Notes: generated from the sequence alone by a model not told the origin. 35,327 nt of DNA from Cyanophyceae cyanobacterium (GCA_050331735.1 JBHJGN010000070.1:1-35327); one strand, 5' to 3'; shown: positions 18,312 through 27,855, numbered from the stretch's first letter. Numbers and translations are program-made.

Positions 18312-18472
18312 TCAGGAGTTACGCACTTGCCCCCCAAATCCCTCGCCCCTCCCTAAGAGACTTGATCCGTTGGGGAAAGGGGGAAAGGGAAACACAGCAA
18401 GCCTTTCCCTTTTAAGAGCCAACTCTTTGTTAGTTAGGAGAACTATCTCACTCCTTTCGGTCAATGGTATCA
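18312..18472 (+). repeat. Composite of cyanobacterial dispersed-repeat/MITE-like ends
   Basis: TCAGGAGTTACGCAC (18312-18326), a GGGGAAAGGGGGAAAGGG tract, and a 54-bp unit 18419-18472 matching 33349-33402 at 44/54. Confidence 0.65.
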
Positions 18473-18512
18473 GCTCCAAAATTCTGACTGCCAATTAAGA
18501 CGGATGGCTTCC

Positions 18513-18818
18513 CTAGAGTTGCCCGTTGACTAAGCCATTAAATCCGTAGATTTGCCGACTACCAGCGATCGCTACCAGTTCCACTTCTCGTTCATCACCG
18601 GGTTCAAACCGAATCGACGAGCCCGCCGGGATGTTGAGGCGCATCCCCTTGGTTGGCTCGCGCTCGAACTGAAGCGCTGTATTGACCTCGTAGAAGTGAT
18701 AGTGAGAACCAACCTGAATCGGGCGATCGCCTGTATTGCTCACCGTCAGTTGCAGAGTTTCGCGACCCGCATTCAGTTCGATTTCGCCTTCGCCAACAAA
18801 CATTTCTCCTGGAATCAT
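18513..18818 (-). CDS. ureB: Urease subunit beta
   Basis: [38 protein letters not shown]. Confidence 0.97.
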   Translation of the reverse strand: MIPGEMFVGEGEIELNAGRETLQLTVSNTGDRPIQVGSHYHFYEVNTALQFEREPTKGMRLNIPAGSSIRFEPGDEREVELVAIAGSRQIYGFNGLVNGQL

Positions 18819-19573
18819 GCTCCCTCCTCAATATCCTTTAACAGCTCCGGCCATCCCTGTTCCAGATTTCTCGACGGGCTGCGTCCGGCCCCAGGCTGAT
18901 AGATCCAGCCATCCCAAGGTATTTTAAGCTTTTTGAGGTCATCAGCAACGGTTTTACCAATAATCCATACTTTCGCCTGGGGAATCTGGGAGAGAACGTA
19001 GGAACCGTACTGTTCCCACCAAAGCTGATGCAGGGCAAACTTCAACCGATTGGGAACTCGCTTCCCCCCAGGGATGTACATCGCGTGTAAAGACGCATCT
19101 AAAACCCAGATTCCCTGCCGTTGCAGTCGAGTCAGAGTATTCACTTTCCAGCGCAGCCGCTGTTCTAAAGATGCTCCTTGGCTGCGGCGAGGCGGCTTGC
19201 CTAAGCGGGCTAAGCGGGCAAACAAATCCCAAAATTGTCGCGTTCCGGCGTTTTTCGCATCTGTTTTTCCCGACAACAGTTGCGGCTCTCCGTACCCTAA
19301 GCAATAGATGATGCGGACAAACTCTGCCGGGGTTTGCTGCGCCTCGGTTGGCAACGCTTCTTTGAGGACTATCAGGGCAAAATCGCTTACGGACGTGTAA
19401 ATGTGCGATTCAGCCAGCAAGACCACTTTTACTGTCGGAGGTCGCCACGCCCAGCGATGCTTCTCCACGGCTAAAGCTACTCCTGGTGGTTCTGCTGCTA
19501 ACCCGGCTTCAGCAAATAGCTGAGCGCCTGCTGCTTGAACCGCTTTAATTCTCTCAATTGGTAGCTGAGTCAT
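18815..19573 (-). CDS. Hypothetical protein, possibly uracil-DNA-glycosylase-like fold; cassette-like gene
   Basis: [35 protein letters not shown] pattern; stop overlaps the ureB ATG (ATGA). Confidence 0.6.
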   Translation of the reverse strand: MTQLPIERIKAVQAAGAQLFAEAGLAAEPPGVALAVEKHRWAWRPPTVKVVLLAESHIYTSVSDFALIVLKEALPTEAQQTPAEFVRIIYCLGYGEPQLLSGKTDAKNAGTRQFWDLFARLARLGKPPRRSQGASLEQRLRWKVNTLTRLQRQGIWVLDASLHAMYIPGGKRVPNRLKFALHQLWWEQYGSYVLSQIPQAKVWIIGKTVADDLKKLKIPWDGWIYQPGAGRSPSRNLEQGWPELLKDIEEGA

Positions 19574-19576
19574 GGG

Positions 19577-19603
19577 CGACAACGCTTGAAAGTGCAGTTA
19601 CTG
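19577..19603 (-). mobile_element. Collapsed attC-like remnant between tpm and the next gene
   Basis: Minus strand CAGTAAC-TGCACTTTCAAGC-GTTGTCG: TAAC overlaps the tpm stop, and CTGCACTTT is identical to the right arm of the attC at 20265-20350. Confidence 0.45.
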
Positions 19604-20239
19604 TCGGTTCTGCAACAGCCAGATATTTTCTTTCGCAGCACATTTTCCTTTCAGTCCACCGGGAACATCAGTACTGGCAATCAGAGATACAGCATAGCTT
19701 TCACCATAGTGTTGATTGACTTCTTCGTTGCCAATTGAAAACGGAGGACCTTCCATCAGGTTCTGGTCGTACTCATAAGTAACTAGCAACTGCGGCGCTC
19801 TATTCGTAATCTCCATTAAGTGCGCCGTGTATCGCTTCCGCATTTCTCCTGGCAGGGCTACCAAAGCTGCTCTGTCGTAAATTGCATCTACTGACCCGAG
19901 GATTTTACTAAAGACATTAAGGATATTCCCCACAAAGATATCGATATCTTTAGCGCTATACCGACTTACTTCTCCCACTCTTGTTATTTTTGGCTCCACT
20001 CCAAGTTCCTCAAATAGTTGCTCAACGGCTATTTCGACCAACTCAGCGCCAGACACACGATAGCCATTAGAGAGCAGCCAGGCAATATCGAGAGTTTTCC
20101 CGCACAAAGGCACAAACACGCAACTACCTTTTGATAGAGAAAGCTCTCCAAAATGTTTCACGAGCACTGGGTTAGCTTCGCTTTTGTGGAAACCAATATT
20201 ATTGGTTTCCCACCTCTGAAGCCAAAAACTTGAATCCAT
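19598..20239 (-). CDS. tpm: Thiopurine S-methyltransferase (Se/Te methyltransferase family)
   Basis: FWLQRW..IGFH, VFVPLCGKTLD, YDRAALVALP..MR.RY, GPPFS. Confidence 0.93.
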   Translation of the reverse strand: MDSSFWLQRWETNNIGFHKSEANPVLVKHFGELSLSKGSCVFVPLCGKTLDIAWLLSNGYRVSGAELVEIAVEQLFEELGVEPKITRVGEVSRYSAKDIDIFVGNILNVFSKILGSVDAIYDRAALVALPGEMRKRYTAHLMEITNRAPQLLVTYEYDQNLMEGPPFSIGNEEVNQHYGESYAVSLIASTDVPGGLKGKCAAKENIWLLQNRQ

Positions 20240-20264
20240 ACTTACTCCTTTAGACTGTTAAAGC

Positions 20265-20350
20265 ACATAATGATAAAGTGCAGCGGCGGCAGTTAGCTTA
20301 CAGTTCACACCAGGTATCTTTTGTTCGTCCGCTGCCACGTAGTGTTAGCT
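20265..20350 (-). mobile_element. Integron attC-like site (86 bp)
   Basis: Minus strand AGCTAAC ACTAC GTGGCAGCGGAC...GCCGCTGCAC TTTATC ATTATGT: R'', L-arm inverted repeats and R' (GTT changed to ATT), followed by the tpm RBS and ATG. Confidence 0.75.
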
Positions 20351-20450
20351 AGTGCCTTTAGGCAAGAAGTTGCCAAAACTCTTGCTTTTATTCATTTGTT
20401 AACATTGTGCTGAAAGGAAGTTAGCAAAAACGAAAGATTTTTAAACTGAC

Positions 20451-20826
20451 TCATACACTCTGCAATTTATGTATGCTGGTCTTTCCGCTAATTGTATCTA
20501 CCATCAATATTCCCTCTGACTCTTGATCCATTTTCATAAGCAACTCACCTTGATTGTTCCAAACAGCCGACTGTCCAACGCAGACTAACTCCGATGATAA
20601 CGTTGTGCGCGTCGCTGCACTGCTGAAATACATTAAGACAGGAATCAGTTTTATCAGTGGCGAGCGACCGTGCGAGCTTTGGCTCATGACCCATGAGCGA
20701 TAACTCTGGGAAGAAAACTAAGTCAGCGCCTCGATCAATTGCAACCTCACTGAACTCTAAATGTTTGGCCAGGTTCGACGCGATGTTGCCTGTAACGGAT
20801 TGAAGTTGGACGGCACTAATTTTCAT
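20451..20826 (-). pseudogene. Carbon-nitrogen hydrolase (nitrilase family) with large internal deletion
   Basis: N-terminus MKISAVQ..GADLVFFPELSL joins out of frame at ~20585 to the C-terminus GQSAVWNNQGELL; the catalytic Lys/Cys region is absent. Confidence 0.85.
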
Positions 20827-20866
20827 AGTGAGCTTCTTGACCTCATGTTCCGAAAGTGCTGGCACT

Positions 20867-20885
20867 AGCTAACTATTTATTCGAC
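20867..20885 (-). mobile_element. attI-like simple site at the head of the cassette array
   Basis: Minus strand GTCGAAT-AAATA-GTTAGCT (7-5-7 arrangement), with no attC stem upstream. Confidence 0.5.
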
Positions 20886-21052
20886 TGCGCTTTTGCAAAC
20901 TAGTCCTGTTTTAGGCAGTATTATCTAGCAGCTATGCTGTTTAACTCCGAAATAAGGGTACTTAACTCCTATAAAAGCCATCTAAAACCGTTTAGAGTTT
21001 TGTTATCCCGCTTTTTTCTACTTGCCCATTAACTACCAAAAACTGTTGAGTT

Positions 21053-21691
21053 TTATTCAATTTTTTCAGAGTCGCTATCAACTGTCTCGTCTTCCTCAAG
21101 TTCGGAGACTAAATTCTCAGAAGTTTCATCTTCTGGTAATTCTTCCGGAGAATCCTTAACCGAGGCGGATACGGAAGGTTCAGCTTCTTCCGAAAGCTGT
21201 TCAGGTTCAGAGGGTGATACAGAACTTGCTTCCGTTTCTTCCGGAAGCGGCTCAGATTGAGCCATTTGTGCTGCGGGTGTAACTGGTTCCGGTTCTCCTG
21301 ATGTCTCAGCTTCGGTCGGTAGCGCTGCGGTGTTGATGGCGGCTTCCTCCTGTGGAGAGGGGGTAGCGGTGGACCTAGCGACGAGAGGCTGCACTGTGCC
21401 CTTCATTACTAGCTGTCTGACAGCCCCTTGGTAAAGGCGATCGCCGCCCTGTTGCTGGGTGAATTCGGCAATTTCTGCCCCGAGTTGTTCACCAAGCTGA
21501 CCAACGGCTTCAAGGCTCTCAAAAGGTTCCTGAGCAATTCTTCTCGTTAAATTATTGAGCTCTTTGCTCCCTTTACGAGTTGTTTTGGTCATTCCTCTTT
21601 GATAGAGGACTTTTTTGATACTTTTCTTCAGTGCCTTGTCAATGACTTTGCTGCTCAAACTAGTAGAAGTAGACATAAACTTGAACCTCAA
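21053..21691 (-). CDS. Hypothetical protein: basic helical N-domain plus acidic low-complexity tail
   Basis: 212-aa ORF; Lys/Arg-rich N-terminus, Glu/Ser/Pro-rich C-terminus. Confidence 0.65.
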   Translation of the reverse strand: MRFKFMSTSTSLSSKVIDKALKKSIKKVLYQRGMTKTTRKGSKELNNLTRRIAQEPFESLEAVGQLGEQLGAEIAEFTQQQGGDRLYQGAVRQLVMKGTVQPLVARSTATPSPQEEAAINTAALPTEAETSGEPEPVTPAAQMAQSEPLPEETEASSVSPSEPEQLSEEAEPSVSASVKDSPEELPEDETSENLVSELEEDETVDSDSEKIE

Positions 21692-21850
21692 TCGTTAAAC
21701 GAGCACTTCCTCATCTTAATTGCTTCAGCGCTTTCAGCTCAAAAGATCAGTTGTCCGACTATAAATTCAAGGGGAAGTGGCTTTCGCGATCGCTCAGTTA
21801 AAACCGACCACTGTTCCTCCGAGCTGGGCCTCAATCCTTGCGGAGTCTAG

Positions 21851-22080
21851 CTTTGGTGCGCCGTAGCTGAAGAGAGTCAGGTCTTAGGTAACTTGATGCA
21901 AAAACGATGCAATATCGCTGCTGCAAAGCGGTCGAGGAAGAAGGTGTTCGTACACACAAGGCCGGACTCCTCAAGTTATTGTGACCGATCCGCTGACAAG
22001 CTATGACTCGGCCATCCGAAAAACCGAGTTAAGTTAAAGCCTGAACGCAAGGGGGTCAATAGTAAAGCTGAAAATTTTTC
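21851..22080 (+). mobile_element. IS6-family transposase remnant
   Basis: Degenerate frames read LWCAVAEESQVLGNLMQKRCNIAAAKR / TQGRTPQVIVTDPLTSYDSAIR / RKGVNSKAENF, matching IS6 motifs YLWRAVD..., P.VIVTD...SY, KGLNNRAE. Confidence 0.8.
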
Positions 22081-22139
22081 ACTGATGAATAAGCCTAGGG
22101 AACAAAAGATGCAGCAGTTAACTAACAAGGAGTGAACCC

Positions 22140-24044
22140 ATGAAAACTGATGCTCGTGCTGAGGAGCCAATTCGTACTAGTAGTTTATCAATTGCTAAAA
22201 AGCCAACAAAGTCTTCTAAGGTTGTTTCTGTCGCTGATGCTTTTGAAGAACCTAACGATACTATTACCCAAGCAGTTACCAGCGGACTGAACCCGACTAA
22301 TCCGAGAACCTTTGAGGCGAGTAGCTTCATTGGTAATAACCCTGATGTAGCGCCCACTGAAGATGTAGACTTCATCTCCTTCGAGCTTGGTGCTGGCGAT
22401 CGAGTCGCTGTTGACATTGATGCTCAAGTGTTGGGGTCAACTCTAGATTCTATCCTGCGACTGTTTGATTCCGAAGGTAATCAAGTTGCTGTCAATGATG
22501 ACAGTGATGGTTTTGACTCACTGATTGACTTTACTGCTCCTGCTGCTGACACTTATTTTGCTGGGGTCAGTAGTTTTGCGAATTCAAACTACGATCCGTT
22601 TGCACAAGGAAGTGGTTCTGATGGTCTTTCCACCGGTGAGTACGATATCAGTATTGAACTGATTTCAGAAGACCCTGGAGAACTAGAAAACGGTAGTTTT
22701 GACGGCACCTTTGGTTCCTGGCAAACGATTGGCGACACTAGCATTGAGAACGCGGATTTTGGCGTCACTCCTACCGATGGTTCTTTCCAGGCTTTGATCG
22801 CTAATGGCGTGAGCGATTCTGGCGCTGCGGTGACAACATCCGATTTAGAGGAATTTTTAGACCTGTCACCGGGGCTGCTCGATAATCTCAGCAATGGAGA
22901 TGTCACAGAAGGTTCGGCTATTAAACAAGCTTTCGTTGTCAATGAGGGCGATGTTTTAACGTTCGATTGGAATTTCCTCACCAATGAGTCAACGCCAGAA
23001 GAAACCTTCAACGATTTCGCTTTTTTCTCTGTCTCATCCCCCACGATTAAATTAGCGGATACGACAGAGCCGAGTCTTGAAACCCTCGCCGTCGGTTTTA
23101 ATGAAGAGACAGGATTTCGCACTGCTGCGGTTGGGTTCTCAGAATCTGAAACGGTTACCTTGAACCTAGGGGTCGTAGATGTTGAAGATAATAACGTTAA
23201 CTCCGCACTAATAGTGGACAACATTCGTATTAGCGACAACATTGACGGTGGAGATTCTTCAGATTCCGAATTTGATATCGATATTGTTTTTACCGATGAC
23301 AACTTAACGGACGACCAGCAGGCAGTCTTTACCGATGCTGCTAATCGCTGGGAAGAAATAATCATCGGTGATGTCCCTGATGTGATCGTCCCAGGCTTTG
23401 GGTTAGTAGATGATATATCAATTGATGTCAGCACACCCTCCATTGACGGTCCGGGAGGCGTTCTCGGGCAGGCCGGTCCGACAGTGCTGCGCTCCGATTC
23501 ATTTCTGCCTGCACAAGGCATTATGGAGTTCGATATTGCAGATTTAGAACTTTTAGAGGAAGAAGGTCTGTTTGAGGACGTAATTCTCCACGAAATGGAT
23601 CACGCACTGGGTTTCGGCACCATTTGGCAGGAACAGGATCTGCTTATTGGTGTTGACAGCGATAATCCCCAATTTGTTGGAGCGGGAGCTACGGCTGAGT
23701 ATAACGATATTTTCGGCGTTAATGAGTCGAGTGTTCCGGTCGAAAGCGAGTTCGGTCCGGGGACAGCGCTTAGTCATTGGGATGAGGAATTGTTCGGTAG
23801 CGAACTAATGACAGGGTTCATCAATGCTGGCGAGAATCCACTGAGCCGAATCACTGCTGCCTCGATGGGCGACCTTGGTTACGAAGTCAATGTGGATGCA
23901 GCCGATCCTTACGCGCCGCCTAGCCTCAGAGTCTCGTCAAGTAAGTCCGTTGGTCGAATTCTCGCTATGAACCTTGAAAAGACATTTGTAGAGCCGATGG
24001 TCGGACGCAATATTATCTTGGATATAGAACCGGAGTTTGTCTGA
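22140..24044 (+). CDS. Acidic extracellular protein: PPC (pre-peptidase C) domain plus leishmanolysin-like zinc metallopeptidase domain
   Basis: EEPNDTI..DVDF..LDSILRLFD..VAVNDD; DGPGGVLGQAGP; VILHEMDHALGFGT; SHWDEELFGSELMTG. Confidence 0.85.
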   Translation: MKTDARAEEPIRTSSLSIAKKPTKSSKVVSVADAFEEPNDTITQAVTSGLNPTNPRTFEASSFIGNNPDVAPTEDVDFISFELGAGDRVAVDIDAQVLGSTLDSILRLFDSEGNQVAVNDDSDGFDSLIDFTAPAADTYFAGVSSFANSNYDPFAQGSGSDGLSTGEYDISIELISEDPGELENGSFDGTFGSWQTIGDTSIENADFGVTPTDGSFQALIANGVSDSGAAVTTSDLEEFLDLSPGLLDNLSNGDVTEGSAIKQAFVVNEGDVLTFDWNFLTNESTPEETFNDFAFFSVSSPTIKLADTTEPSLETLAVGFNEETGFRTAAVGFSESETVTLNLGVVDVEDNNVNSALIVDNIRISDNIDGGDSSDSEFDIDIVFTDDNLTDDQQAVFTDAANRWEEIIIGDVPDVIVPGFGLVDDISIDVSTPSIDGPGGVLGQAGPTVLRSDSFLPAQGIMEFDIADLELLEEEGLFEDVILHEMDHALGFGTIWQEQDLLIGVDSDNPQFVGAGATAEYNDIFGVNESSVPVESEFGPGTALSHWDEELFGSELMTGFINAGENPLSRITAASMGDLGYEVNVDAADPYAPPSLRVSSSKSVGRILAMNLEKTFVEPMVGRNIILDIEPEFV

Positions 24045-24144
24045 CCGCTCAGGATTGAGAAAGGTTCACAACCGACTATAACCTTCATGATCAAGATTGA
24101 AGTCTATCAGATAGTTTTGTCAGTGATCAGCCTATCTGTATCTT

Positions 24145-25518
24145 TCAGCTAGGTGTGGAAATAGGTTGCTGTTTACTTTTTAGCGCCTCCACCCTCATGC
24201 GGATTTCTGGAGGAGCCAAAGTGACTCCTCGGCGAATCGGTTTGAGTGGACGTTGACCAATAAGCGTTAACTGGAACCGAGAGACAACCGCAGCCAGCAC
24301 AAGCTTCATTTCCATCAGCGCTAACGCCGCTCCCAAACAGCGACGGTTGCTGCCACCAAAGGGGAGATATTCGTAAGCAGAGTATTGTCTTTCTAGGAAG
24401 CGCTCTGGTCGAAACTGCTGGTGTTGAGGATAAAGATCTTCGCGCTGATGGGTGGAGTAGATCGAGACGGCAAAAGTGGTTCCGGCTTCAAATTGATACT
24501 CCAGCAACCGCATTGATGCTTTACACCGGCGGGTAAAAGCGCCAGGAGCGATGGGATAAATCCGCAGCGTTTCTGCCACAATGGCTCCTAAATAGGGGAG
24601 ACGGGTGATGGCGATGGGATTTTCTGCGTCGCTAAAATGCTCCAATTCCTGAAGTAACTTACTCTGCACTTCTAGAAGGGAGTGAATCCAATACAAAGCC
24701 CAAACCAGTGCCGAAGCGGTGGTTTCGTGTCCAGCGACGAGCAGAGTCATTAACTCATCGTGAATTTCGGCATCACCCATCGATTCACCAAATTCATCTT
24801 GAGCAAAGATCAGTAAGCTCAAAATGTCTTTCCCAACACAATTCTGTTTCCTGCGCTCCTGAATTTCTTCGTATAGCAGTTGTTTGACCTGCTGCTTCAG
24901 ACGCAAGAACCGTCCCCAGGGGCTCAGCGCTCCCCAATCCTTTTGCAGAAAAGAAAAGAAAATGAAAGGAGAACCGAGAGGAGAGCTAATAGTATCTAGT
25001 AATGAACTGAGCAACGTTCTTAACCGTTCGTAACGCTCTCCGCGATCTAAGCCAAAGACCACGCGCAGAATTACCCGGAGGGTAATTTCCTGCATAGAGG
25101 GACGGACGCGAAAAGCGTTGCCTACTGGCCATTGATTCATAACCTGCTCGGCAATCTCGACAATTTGTTGAGCGTAGGTTTGCAGGTATTCGCCGTGAAA
25201 AGCAGGCATTAATAACCGTCGTCGCTGCTGATGAGGTTCACCGTCGAGAAACAGCAGCGAATTGTCACCAAACATAAATTGCAGACCATTGTTTCCCCTT
25301 CCCACTTCAAACTGCTCGCTGGGCGCAGTAAACAGTTCTTTAATCGCTTGAGGATTACTGAGCACAACAAAGCCAGGAGAATCGGGTCTTCCCAGTCGGT
25401 AGATGTCTCCATAGCGCTGAGTATTCTGATCCATATTGATCAGGGGACGAAAAAGAAAATTATATATGCGTAAATATCTTAAGAAGCGCGAAGGAGGAGG
25501 ACCAGGTGGTAGCGTCAT
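24145..25518 (-). CDS. Cytochrome P450 (CYP110-like)
   Basis: AGHETTA, ETLR, FRPERF, PFGGSNRRCLG heme motif. Confidence 0.95.
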   Translation of the reverse strand: MTLPPGPPPSRFLRYLRIYNFLFRPLINMDQNTQRYGDIYRLGRPDSPGFVVLSNPQAIKELFTAPSEQFEVGRGNNGLQFMFGDNSLLFLDGEPHQQRRRLLMPAFHGEYLQTYAQQIVEIAEQVMNQWPVGNAFRVRPSMQEITLRVILRVVFGLDRGERYERLRTLLSSLLDTISSPLGSPFIFFSFLQKDWGALSPWGRFLRLKQQVKQLLYEEIQERRKQNCVGKDILSLLIFAQDEFGESMGDAEIHDELMTLLVAGHETTASALVWALYWIHSLLEVQSKLLQELEHFSDAENPIAITRLPYLGAIVAETLRIYPIAPGAFTRRCKASMRLLEYQFEAGTTFAVSIYSTHQREDLYPQHQQFRPERFLERQYSAYEYLPFGGSNRRCLGAALALMEMKLVLAAVVSRFQLTLIGQRPLKPIRRGVTLAPPEIRMRVEALKSKQQPISTPS

Positions 25519-25564
25519 TGCTCCAAGTTTGAATCGTTTGTTCTATCTTAGAATCTTTGACTCG

Positions 25565-26014
25565 ATGTTGAAATTTACGTTGCGCCGAGCACGACACGAG
25601 GATTTGGAGCGTTTGGACAGGATTCATTCTCAAAACATGAAAGGCTATGTTGAACGAGTCTACCCTTGGCAACCGGAGCTATTTCGTGAGCATTTTGTTC
25701 CCGAAGAGTTCACTGTGGTCGAGCTTGCCGGAACCGTGGTTGGATTTATTAAAGTAGTGTTGGGAGAAGATATCTATTTAGGGGAAATACAGGTTAAGCC
25801 GGAGTATCAGAACCAAGGTATCGGGACTCGTCTTCTTGGGTTGATCATTCAAGAATCGGAACGAAACAATAAAAGGTTATGGTTAAAAGTGATTAAAGGT
25901 AATCCTGCGGTGAATTTCTATACAAAGTTGGGATTTGAGGTTTTTGCAGAATCAGAAACGCATCATTCCATGGAGCGTATGCCAAACGCAGCGGTAGACA
26001 GTAACACCCGTTAA
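25565..26014 (+). CDS. GNAT family N-acetyltransferase
   Basis: V.PEYQNQGIGTRLL and N.AVNFY.KLGF motifs; real start likely ATG 25565. Confidence 0.9.
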   Translation: MLKFTLRRARHEDLERLDRIHSQNMKGYVERVYPWQPELFREHFVPEEFTVVELAGTVVGFIKVVLGEDIYLGEIQVKPEYQNQGIGTRLLGLIIQESERNNKRLWLKVIKGNPAVNFYTKLGFEVFAESETHHSMERMPNAAVDSNTR

Positions 26015-26026
26015 AGCGTGTCCAAA

Positions 26027-26329
26027 CTAACGAATTGGCTCGTGAACGGTCACCAGCTTGGTTCCGTCAGGAAAGGTGGCTTCTACTTGAACTTCAGGGA
26101 GCATTTCGGCAATGCCTGCCATCACGTCGTCTTGAGTAAGCAGGGTCGTTCCGTAGCTCATTAACTCAGCTACTGTCCGTCCGTCTCGCGCGCCTTCGAG
26201 AATTGCCGCAGAGATATAGGCGACGGCTTCTGGATAGTTGAGCTTTAACCCTCTTTCCTTGCGTTTTTCTGCTAGCAGGGCAGCAGTAAAAATCAATAGC
26301 TTATCTTTTTCTTGGGGCGATAGCTGCAT
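26027..26329 (-). CDS. ureA: Urease subunit gamma
   Basis: [38 protein letters not shown]. Confidence 0.97.
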   Translation of the reverse strand: MQLSPQEKDKLLIFTAALLAEKRKERGLKLNYPEAVAYISAAILEGARDGRTVAELMSYGTTLLTQDDVMAGIAEMLPEVQVEATFPDGTKLVTVHEPIR

Positions 26330-26464
26330 CGTTTTTCTACTTTAGATTCAAGTTCAACAATCAACAGAAGCGAGTCTTCAGTTAGTGTATCCCAAACGTT
26401 TATGGATTTGATCGCGATTAGCCGTTAGCTCTTCGCTTTTAGTAGTCTCTTGGTAAGTAAAGGT

Positions 26465-27307
26465 TTACAGCCACACTCTCGGTTTAATAGCAGAACGCTG
26501 GAGGAAAGACAGGCGCAGGAGTTGCCATACTGCCATAAACCAGCTTTGGACTTCCGATACAGAAGCCCCCCGGTAGCGACACAGTATTCCTTGGCCTTGG
26601 GTTTGGGTGACTCCGCCTTCTCCTTGAGGATGAAGACTATTCCAAATAGAGCGAGCTTTGGTAACAATTTCGGGAGAGACAGGCTGCCCGATCCAGATTA
26701 AGCTACCTACCAGAGGCTGACCATTCAAGCCGTGAGAACTGAAGAACGTGTCTTTTCCCGCCGGCAGCCACTGTCTATCTACCCACAGGGGCTTGCCTTG
26801 CTGCCATACTTCAGTATGCGATCGCCAATCTCCCTGCAAAAACTTTTCCCCCCTGGCGCTGCGCCCAAAGCGAGTGATTTCCCATCCGAGCCAGTTCCCT
26901 CCTGGAGACAGTTCCACGCGCACCTCTTGCCGATACTTCGCCCCGTTAAAGATAATCGTCTGCTGCGGCACCCACTCTAAGCAGGCTCCCGCGTCGATTT
27001 TGATATCGATCGTTTGCCGCGCCTGAGCCCCGTTCGAGCGATAAATCTTTCCCGCCGCCGCCGTTGTTAGCACTGCCTGAGCCTGGGACTGAAGATGAAT
27101 GTTCTGGAAAAGGCGATCGCCTCCCACAACCCCTCCAGCGGTGTGGAGAATAACGCTGTGACATACTCCCCCTTCCGGATAAAAAGGACGCTGGACCTTG
27201 AGAGGAGCTTGTACCAACGCCTGCACTGGTCGAGTCTTCCCCTGGCGATGAGCATACACCAGCTCAAGATTTCCCTGCCATCCTAAAGATTCTGATTGCG
27301 GTTGCAC
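26465..27307 (-). CDS. ureD: Urease accessory protein UreD
   Basis: APLKVQRPFYPEG, LHTAGGVVGGD, KIYRS, GRSARGE, PRVW. Confidence 0.95.
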   Translation of the reverse strand: MQPQSESLGWQGNLELVYAHRQGKTRPVQALVQAPLKVQRPFYPEGGVCHSVILHTAGGVVGGDRLFQNIHLQSQAQAVLTTAAAGKIYRSNGAQARQTIDIKIDAGACLEWVPQQTIIFNGAKYRQEVRVELSPGGNWLGWEITRFGRSARGEKFLQGDWRSHTEVWQQGKPLWVDRQWLPAGKDTFFSSHGLNGQPLVGSLIWIGQPVSPEIVTKARSIWNSLHPQGEGGVTQTQGQGILCRYRGASVSEVQSWFMAVWQLLRLSFLQRSAIKPRVWL

Positions 27308-27358
27308 AAACTATTTAACTATTTTGATTTTTTATAGTTAAAAAGAATTTAAATTTAA

Positions 27359-27432
27359 TCGGAGCGGCGGGATTTGAACCCACGACCCCCACTACCCCAA
27401 AGTGGTGCGCTACCAAGCTGCGCCACGCCCCG
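27359..27432 (-). tRNA. tRNA-Pro(GGG)
   Basis: Minus strand CGGGGCGTGGCGCAGCTTGGTAGCGCACCACTTTGGGGTAGTGGGGGTCGTGGGTTCAAATCCCGCCGCTCCGA; anticodon GGG; CCA not encoded. Confidence 0.97.
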
Positions 27433-27479
27433 TTTTTACAGATAACTATATTACACCGTATCGACTGGAATTAGCAAGC

Positions 27480-27845
27480 TTAGAATACTCTAAGGGTCTG
27501 AGCGGCCTGGGCGAGCGGGGGAACCGCTGCCTCACTCCAGTTGCCCTCGCAGCGGCGACCGTGATTGAGAATGAGACGCAGGGAATAGCTGTGAGGATAG
27601 CCTGCTACTTCTAACCACACTAGCTCGCTTTCTGCTTCACAGGCGATTTTTTCCTCATCCATCAGTTCAGCAGACAGTTGCTGCATGGTCTCGGCAAGTT
27701 GAGCCAGCAGCCGACAAAAATCGCTCAACTCGGGTGCTGTCAGTTCAATGGCCCATTCATCGCTGCCCACTAAGCCAGAATAGAGCTCAGCGTCAGGCTT
27801 CCAGCCGATCCGCCAGCCAGGTCCGCTCTTCATTAACCGCTCCAT
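27480..27845 (-). CDS. DUF1818-like conserved cyanobacterial protein
   Basis: GPGWRIGW, WAIELT, ELMDEEKI, RRCEGNW. Confidence 0.75.
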   Translation of the reverse strand: MERLMKSGPGWRIGWKPDAELYSGLVGSDEWAIELTAPELSDFCRLLAQLAETMQQLSAELMDEEKIACEAESELVWLEVAGYPHSYSLRLILNHGRRCEGNWSEAAVPPLAQAAQTLRVF

Positions 27846-27855
27846 GAGTTTACCC

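Noticed and set aside
21020..21050. CCAAAAACTGTTGAG as a relic of an intI N-terminus (PKKLL)
   Set aside because: Too short, needs indels, and no further integrase sequence follows
22589..23521. 310-aa antisense ORF
   Set aside because: Shadow of the acidic protease gene; Ser-rich mirror composition and no motifs
25436..25564. N-terminal extension of the GNAT overlapping the P450
   Set aside because: Antisense to the P450 start; the GNAT fold begins at ATG 25565
27359..27432. tRNA-Pro as an island integration site
   Set aside because: No integrase and no duplicated tRNA 3' end seen in the window
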